DNA of 64,000 bases from Candidatus Omnitrophota bacterium. Lineage in GTDB: Bacteria > Hinthialibacterota > Hinthialibacteria > Hinthialibacterales > Hinthialibacteraceae. Location: assembly GCA_003598175.1 (NCBI GenBank), contig QZKN01000097.1:23861-87860 (forward strand), in the 5' to 3' direction. Of the stretch, positions 57,941-64,000 are shown in pieces (the first letter of the stretch is position 1; the number at the start of each line of letters is the position of its first letter). The translations under genes were made by a program, and so were the position numbers. The notes under the pieces were generated by a model, which worked only from the letters and a program-made list of their open reading frames with translations, did no database searches and was not told the DNA's origin.

Positions 57941-60355
57941 TCAGTTGCCCGTTTCCTTCTCTTTCAGATGCATCAACGGCTGATCATAAACCGACCGATA
58001 CCCGCCGCCCATGTTGCGGGCCAGCCACAAACGATAATTCAGGTTTTCCGTCGGCGCAATGTAACGTTCCGGCCGTGAATACGTTGCGGTTACGACCGAA
58101 ACCGATTTTTTGCCATCATCATTCGTCGTCAGCACAATGAATTCGTCGCGAAAGTCGCCATATAAATCTGCAACCATGAGAACCTGACTGTGATCGGGAA
58201 AATCAGGCTGGCCGGCGGCGGCGATTTCAATTTCTTTTCCGTTGAAATTACCGATTTGCGGCTTCCCTGGGCTGATCAATTCACGTGTTTCGTCTCCGTC
58301 CCATTCCACCGGCATGTATCCGAACGGAAATGGCTCCAGCAATGTGCGCCCATCCGCGGAGAAGAGGATTAAATTGCGATCGTTGTGACCGGCGCGATTG
58401 GAGACGCATTCGATTCCCGGCGAACCGTCCCAAATATCGGCGGTCCAGCCGGTGTGCCCATGCGTCCAGCGCGGGTCGTCCTCGCGGTTGACTTTCCAGA
58501 TGATTTCCCCGGAATCGGCGTCGACCATGTACACCCCGGCATGAACGCTCGTTTCAACAATATAAAACACTTCCAGGCCGGGGCGTTCCGGCAAATAATC
58601 GTGAACGGAAACAATATCCGGATGTTGTTTGTAAATCGACCAGCGCATGGTTCCATCGTGATTCAGGCAGGTGGTTCCGTTGAACACTTCCTGTTTGCCG
58701 TCGCCGTCCACGTCAACCACTTCGATTTTATGGCCGCCGCTGCCGTTGGTCTCGGCGAAACTGTCGAATCGCCACAATTCGTTCAATTGCGCATCATACG
58801 CGACAAACACCTCGTTTTCATAAAGGCCGGTCTGTGTGATCACCGCCGGATGCTCTCCATCCAAATAGCCGACGGAAAGATGAATGCGGGTCGAGGATTT
58901 GGAAAAATCGGTGACCATATCCGGCCAGGGGGTTTTGTGCAGCAATTCGCCGGTATATCCGTTCAAGACGGCCACGAAAACATCTTCGCCGATTTGCAGG
59001 CGCGTGATGATTTCCGCTTTTCCATCCTGATCCATATCCCACACGTTGAAGGGCACATTGTTGGCGCTGCCGAAACAGTGATTGTGGTTGCAAATGTCCT
59101 TGCGCCAGAGCGAGCGGCCATAGGAAGTGAAGGCTTCGAGCTGAACCGGCAAATCCGGATCCTGCGACATTTCGCTGTTGCCGTTGTCCAGGCGAATCAC
59201 GCAATCCAGCGTTCCGTCGCCATCCAAATCGCCGAAAATAGGAACCAAATTCCCCTGCCGGAATAATGGTTGAAACGAATTTACGACAGATGTCTTTTCA
59301 ACGGACGTGGTAACGCCCACCCATTCCGAACGTCGGCTTTCGTTTCCAGATCCATCCACGGGGCGGACGTAATATTGATAGTGTCGGTCTACCGTCAGAC
59401 CGGTATCGACAAACGTGCTCGATGCGAGCGCATCTTTCGTCACTAAAAAACCGGCATGATTTCGCTCCGTCGCTCGATAAACATGAAATCGCGTCGATTG
59501 GCTGTCATTTCGTAAACAGGCCCAGCTTAAAAATACGTTCCCCTCGCCGATCGCAAGCGCACACAATTTTCGGCTCTGTATCCGCCAGTCGCTGTGGATC
59601 GGTTCCCACACCGGACGAAATCCCAGATCCGGGTGGCGAATGCCGGGCGAGGTGGAAAGGCGATACCCGCATTTCAAATATTCCTCCCCGCGCGCCCACG
59701 ATCCGCCCATAACGCCTCGTTCCACATCAATGGGATTTTCAATGCGATATTTGTACTGTTCCATGGCGGGATCGGGAGAATCCGCCGTCATTTGCCAGAC
59801 ATTTCCCGCCATGCCATAAAGACCGTACCCATTTTTCTCGCCCCACCGCGCCGGCTGTAGATAATCCTGCCAGCGATCGAATCCGCGTGATTGTTTTTCA
59901 TCGTAATTCGCATGTCTCGCCGGCGCTTCGTTTCCCCAGCTATACGATTGATTGACCAGACCGCCGCGCGCCGCGTATTCGAATTCGGCGGACGTGGGAA
60001 GGCGGTAAATTCGACCTTCCTTGCGGCTGAGCCAATCCAAATAGGTTTCCGCGTCATAACGATTCACAAAGATCAACGGATGATCTTCTTTTCCCGCCGG
60101 AATCGTTCTTTCCTGCCAATGCAACGGCGCGGGAAAGTTGGTTTCATCGACAAAGATTTTATATTCGCGATTGGTCAGGGGATGATCGAGGATTTCGAAA
60201 TCCTCCAAACGCATGAGTGTTCCCTTCTGACTTTCGCCGATACCACGCCGAAATTCACCTCCGTTTATCAACACAAAACCATCGGGAAACGATTCGGAAT
60301 AAGAAGGTTGGATAACGTAAATCATGAAAACAATAAACAAGGGCATTAGTCGCAT
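57941..60355 (-). CDS. FGE/SUMF1-domain protein fused to FG-GAP/VCBS-like repeats
   Basis: RLPTSAEFEYAARGG is the FGE-sulfatase signature. Repeats GDLDGDGTLDCV, DMDQDGKAEII and VVDVDGDGKQEV follow. Confidence 0.75.
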   Translation of the reverse strand: MRLMPLFIVFMIYVIQPSYSESFPDGFVLINGGEFRRGIGESQKGTLMRLEDFEILDHPLTNREYKIFVDETNFPAPLHWQERTIPAGKEDHPLIFVNRYDAETYLDWLSRKEGRIYRLPTSAEFEYAARGGLVNQSYSWGNEAPARHANYDEKQSRGFDRWQDYLQPARWGEKNGYGLYGMAGNVWQMTADSPDPAMEQYKYRIENPIDVERGVMGGSWARGEEYLKCGYRLSTSPGIRHPDLGFRPVWEPIHSDWRIQSRKLCALAIGEGNVFLSWACLRNDSQSTRFHVYRATERNHAGFLVTKDALASSTFVDTGLTVDRHYQYYVRPVDGSGNESRRSEWVGVTTSVEKTSVVNSFQPLFRQGNLVPIFGDLDGDGTLDCVIRLDNGNSEMSQDPDLPVQLEAFTSYGRSLWRKDICNHNHCFGSANNVPFNVWDMDQDGKAEIITRLQIGEDVFVAVLNGYTGELLHKTPWPDMVTDFSKSSTRIHLSVGYLDGEHPAVITQTGLYENEVFVAYDAQLNELWRFDSFAETNGSGGHKIEVVDVDGDGKQEVFNGTTCLNHDGTMRWSIYKQHPDIVSVHDYLPERPGLEVFYIVETSVHAGVYMVDADSGEIIWKVNREDDPRWTHGHTGWTADIWDGSPGIECVSNRAGHNDRNLILFSADGRTLLEPFPFGYMPVEWDGDETRELISPGKPQIGNFNGKEIEIAAAGQPDFPDHSQVLMVADLYGDFRDEFIVLTTNDDGKKSVSVVTATYSRPERYIAPTENLNYRLWLARNMGGGYRSVYDQPLMHLKEKETGN

Positions 60356-60392
60356 GGGTAATATCCTTTCTTGGTCTTATATATGAAAATGG

Positions 60393-60437
60393 TACTCGTA
60401 GGTGCGGTTCGCGAACCGCCCCTACGAGTACTTTTTA
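60393..60437 (+). promoter_or_regulatory. 39 bp nested palindrome followed by a T-run, in a divergent intergenic region
   Basis: GTACTCGTAGG-TGCGGTTCGCGAACCGCC-CCTACGAGTAC then TTTTT. It lies between the divergent starts of 57941..60355 and 60784..62097. Confidence 0.4.
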
Positions 60438-60783
60438 TCTTTCGTTGTGACCAATCAGTCATGTCGGTTTTGATGAAAATGCACCCGAGTGGCAAAGACA
60501 GTGTTATTTCTGACCTCGGTTGGTATCTTTTCATTCTCCTCAATTTTCTTTGTAATTTCACCACAGAATCATCATACTGACAATACAATCGGAAGTAAAT
60601 TAAGCAATCTCGGAGAATAAGCCTTTCCCCTTATTGTCTCAAATCACTTCCTCTTGCATTTCATCCTCGTTTTTCGCCATTCATCTCATCCACTCGCAAT
60701 CAATCACAAATTGCACAGCATTCACTCTTCTTTCACGTATTATTCCCAAACGAATAAGGAAAATTCAAAAGGAGAGGATTCCG

Positions 60784-62097
60784 ATGAAAAAATATATTTT
60801 CCTTGCCCTTGTTTTTTTGATCGTTGCCGTCGGATTTGGATATGGAAGATTCTCAACACAGGATCAAAATCCCGATTTGCCTCAAATAAAAACGGCAGAA
60901 GTCAAACAAGGTCCAATCACTCTTTCCATTTCCACGACCGGATGCGCGGATTCCAATCTCGATGTGGACATCAAATGCAAGGCCAGCGGCGAAATTATTG
61001 CGCTGCCGTTCGACGTCAGCGACCAGGTCAAGAAAGGCGATTTGCTGCTCGAAATCGATCCCATCGATGAGGAACGCAATGTCAATCAGGCCAAAGCGAC
61101 TCTGGCTTCCTCTCGCGCGCAACTGGCGCAAGCAACCCTCAGCTTGCAAATTGAAGAACGCAATCTAAGGACGGAGCGAAAGCGCCTGAATGCCAACTTG
61201 AAATCCGTGGAAGTCAAGGCAAAAGACGAGGCGTCGAAAACGGAACGCATGAAAGAATTGCTCGCGAAAAAGTTGATCAGCCAGGAAGAATATGACGCCT
61301 CCATCACCGCGAGTGTGCAAGCGGATGTGAATCTTGAAACCGTCAAAATCCAACTCGAGGAATTGGACATCAAGGAAATCCAGCTGGACGTCAAACGGGA
61401 AGAAATCAAATTGCGGGAAGCGCAAATCGAACGGGATAAAATCTCGTTGGCAATCAATCAACGCCGTTATGATGAAACGAAAGTCGTTTCCCCGATCGAT
61501 GGGACGGTTGCTTTTCGCAAGGTGCAGGTGGGGCAAATCATTTCGTCCGGCATCACCAACATCGGCGGAGGCGACACGGTTTTAACCATCTCCGATCTTT
61601 CACGGATTTATGTATTGGCGGATGTGGATGAGAGTGAAATCGGCGAAGTGCGGGTCGGACAGGCGGTCAAAATCACCGTCGATGCGTTTCCGAATCAACT
61701 GTTTGAAGGAAAAGTGGTTCGGATTGCCACAGCAGGTGAGAATGTTTCCAACGTCGTGACATTTGAAGTCAAAATCGAGGTCATCAGCGAAAATAAACAA
61801 TTATTGAAGCCGGGAATGACGGCTGATGTCGAAATTCTTGCCGCCGAACGCAAGCAGGCGTTGTTGATTCCGACCGATGCCGTTACCAACAAACACAATC
61901 AGTATTACGTCTCCGTTGTGAATGCAACCGGTGAATCGGAAGAACGGGAAATTGAGATCGGCATCACGGATTATGAAAATTACGAAGTCGTGAAAGGGCT
62001 GCAACTCGGCGAACGTGTAGTAATCAACGAGGACGACGCGATCGATAGCCGCTGGAACCAAAATCGAGGTTTCATGCCTCCGCCCCCGCCGATGTAA
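60784..62097 (+). CDS. HlyD/MacA-family periplasmic adaptor subunit
   Basis: AAAGGAGAGG RBS. An N-terminal TM, a coiled-coil, and a beta-barrel region (VKITVDAFPNQLFEGKVVRI). Confidence 0.8.
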   Translation: MKKYIFLALVFLIVAVGFGYGRFSTQDQNPDLPQIKTAEVKQGPITLSISTTGCADSNLDVDIKCKASGEIIALPFDVSDQVKKGDLLLEIDPIDEERNVNQAKATLASSRAQLAQATLSLQIEERNLRTERKRLNANLKSVEVKAKDEASKTERMKELLAKKLISQEEYDASITASVQADVNLETVKIQLEELDIKEIQLDVKREEIKLREAQIERDKISLAINQRRYDETKVVSPIDGTVAFRKVQVGQIISSGITNIGGGDTVLTISDLSRIYVLADVDESEIGEVRVGQAVKITVDAFPNQLFEGKVVRIATAGENVSNVVTFEVKIEVISENKQLLKPGMTADVEILAAERKQALLIPTDAVTNKHNQYYVSVVNATGESEEREIEIGITDYENYEVVKGLQLGERVVINEDDAIDSRWNQNRGFMPPPPPM

Positions 62098-62131
62098 TTG
62101 AAAGCGTCTCTGCAGAAAGGACCAAACATTC

Positions 62132-62803
62132 ATGATCATCGCCGAATCCCTGACCAAGACATATCGCATTGGCGAAGAAACCATTCACGCATTAAATCAC
62201 GTCAGTTTCACCATCGAAAAAGGCGAAATGGTCGCCGTCACCGGCGCGTCCGGCAGCGGCAAATCAACCTTGTTGCATATTTTGGGCTGTTTGGACCGCC
62301 CTGATTCGGGCGACTATTTTCTTGATAAACAAAATGTGTCCAAACTCGATGGGAATACATTGGCGAGGATTCGCGGCGCTCGCATCGGTTTCATTTTTCA
62401 AACATTCAATCTGCTCCCGCGAACTTCGGCATTGGAAAATGTGGAGTTGCCGTTGCTGTACGCGGGGAAAACCAGCGCCAAAGAACTTGCGCGCGCCGCA
62501 TTGCAAACCGTCGGCCTGGCGGATCGCATGAAACACGAACCCAATCAGCTTTCCGGCGGGCAACGGCAACGCGTCGCCATCGCCCGAGCCATCGTCACCA
62601 ATCCCGCCATCATCCTGGCGGATGAACCGACGGGCAATCTCGATACCACGACCAGCGAAGAAATCATGGCATTGCTGCAACGTTTAAACGTGGAGGGACG
62701 CACGATTCTGATCGTGACTCACGAACCGGAAATTGCGTCTCATTGTCGGCGCGAAATTCAGATGCGAGACGGGCAAATCGTTACTATTCGCCATCACGGA
62801 TGA
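62132..62803 (+). CDS. ABC transporter ATP-binding protein (MacB/LolD-like)
   Basis: Walker [10 protein letters not shown], signature LSGGQRQR, Walker [12 protein letters not shown]. Confidence 0.85.
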   Translation: MIIAESLTKTYRIGEETIHALNHVSFTIEKGEMVAVTGASGSGKSTLLHILGCLDRPDSGDYFLDKQNVSKLDGNTLARIRGARIGFIFQTFNLLPRTSALENVELPLLYAGKTSAKELARAALQTVGLADRMKHEPNQLSGGQRQRVAIARAIVTNPAIILADEPTGNLDTTTSEEIMALLQRLNVEGRTILIVTHEPEIASHCRREIQMRDGQIVTIRHHG

Positions 62804-62813
62804 GGAAAAAACG

Positions 62814-64000
62814 ATGTTAATTTGGATCATTCTTAAAATTTCCTTAAAGAGTTTATTCGTCAACAAACTGCGTACCTTCCTGGCTACTTTGGGTATCGTT
62901 ATCGGCGTTTCCGCCGTCATCACGATGATGGGCATCGGGACAGGCGCCCGCAATCAAATCATGAGTCAAATCAATTCGATGGGCACGAATTTGCTGGTCG
63001 TCCGACCGGCGCGAAGCCGCGGACAGGGGGTGATGAGCGGCAGCCGGCAGACGTTGACCGTCGACGACGCGGAAAAAATATTAAAACGGATTGCGAATGT
63101 CGAAAAAATTGCGCCGGTCATCAATACGCGCGCACAGGTGAAATATCTGAACAATAATGCGGATACCACCGTCACCGGCGCTTGCAGAACCTATTTCTCC
63201 ATTCGTAATTTTCAAATCGATAAAGGACGTTCGTTCACCGACGGAGAATCGGAGCGCAATGCGCGGGTGGCGATTCTCGGCCCCCAGACGGTCGAAAATC
63301 TGTTTGACGATGCGGATGCGGATTGTCTGGGAGAAACGATTAAAGTCAAAGGCATCAATTTCCGTATCATCGGCGTGTTGAAATCGAAAGGGGATCAAGG
63401 GTGGTTCAATCCCGACGATCAGATCATTGTTCCCTACACCACCGCCATGAATCGAATTGCGGGCGTCGATTATTTGAGCGAAATCGATATTCAAGTCATC
63501 GATGAAAACCAAATCGACGCCACCGAATTGGCGACGGAAAAACTTCTGCGAAAACTTCACCGCCTGCAGGAGGATAAAGAAAACGATTTCAACATTCAAA
63601 ACCAGGCCGAAATGCTGGAAACCGCCTCCACCATCCTCGGCACATTCACATTATTGCTCAGCGGAATTGCCGGCATCTCACTTCTTGTCGGTGGGATCGG
63701 CATCATGAATATCATGCTCGTCACCGTTACCGAACGGATACGGGAAATCGGCATCCGCAAATCGATCGGCGCCAAAAACCGCGATATTTTGCAGCAATTT
63801 TTAATTGAGGCGATTTTGATGAGTGGACTGGGCGGATTGATCGGTATTTTTTTGGGAATTAATTTTTTAGAAATGATAGATCGTTTCACGGAACTCTCCA
63901 CCGCGATCGAAACGTATTCCATTGTTCTTTCTTTCGCGATCTCCGCGACGGTGGGGATATTTTTCGGGTATTATCCCGCCCGCCGGGCGGCCAAAATGGA
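62814..64000 (+). CDS. ABC transporter permease (FtsX/MacB family), partial. It runs off the window end.
   Basis: MLIWIILKISLKSLFVNKLRTFLATLGIVIGVSAVITMMGIG...TERIREIGIRKSIGAKNRDILQQFLIEA. There is no stop before position 64000. Confidence 0.75.
   Translation, partial: MLIWIILKISLKSLFVNKLRTFLATLGIVIGVSAVITMMGIGTGARNQIMSQINSMGTNLLVVRPARSRGQGVMSGSRQTLTVDDAEKILKRIANVEKIAPVINTRAQVKYLNNNADTTVTGACRTYFSIRNFQIDKGRSFTDGESERNARVAILGPQTVENLFDDADADCLGETIKVKGINFRIIGVLKSKGDQGWFNPDDQIIVPYTTAMNRIAGVDYLSEIDIQVIDENQIDATELATEKLLRKLHRLQEDKENDFNIQNQAEMLETASTILGTFTLLLSGIAGISLLVGGIGIMNIMLVTVTERIREIGIRKSIGAKNRDILQQFLIEAILMSGLGGLIGIFLGINFLEMIDRFTELSTAIETYSIVLSFAISATVGIFFGYYPARRAAKM

Overview
This 64 kb window is chromosomal DNA with about 55% GC. 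The gene content suggests a PVC-superphylum-like bacterium, though that placement is uncertain: DUF1080, DUF5107-TPR, a PmoA-family (DUF6807) protein, an LTD-CotH protein and many FGE/SUMF1-domain secreted proteins. Housekeeping and ordinary content includes a class-V aminotransferase, leuA, a LOG-family hydrolase, glycoside hydrolases, a sigma-54 two-component system, a complete type II secretion (Gsp) cluster on the minus strand, an APC amino-acid permease and a MacAB-like ABC export system. The accessory content is concentrated in four places.

1. An integrative element of about 8.5 kb sits at a tRNA-Pro(TGG) gene. It is bounded by a roughly 70 bp direct repeat that contains a 48 bp tRNA 3' fragment. 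It has a P4/PICI-satellite-like gene order (integrase, AlpA excisionase, DnaB-N/DUF3987 primase-helicase), unknown cargo genes and a mosaic of extra att-like repeat modules. Next to it lie an AT-rich segment and a PIN toxin-antitoxin pair.

2. A T-box riboswitch lies upstream of leuA. It has a consensus promoter, the AGGGTGGTACCGCGG T-box motif, an intrinsic terminator, and a 48-codon upstream ORF translationally coupled to leuA.

3. An operon encodes a small helical protein, two tandem V4R-domain proteins and a chemoreceptor. The chemoreceptor's periplasmic region carries a complete CZB zinc-binding motif.

4. The secretin GspD is split into two in-frame genes separated by two stop codons, each half with its own signal peptide.

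Smaller items are an orphan BlaI repressor with a palindromic operator and an STN-LysM remnant in place of BlaR1, a 22 bp tandem repeat array, a second PIN toxin-antitoxin pair, a nucleotidyltransferase (MNT) gene with a decayed HEPN partner, and a truncated O-methyltransferase. No rRNA and no CRISPR array were seen.
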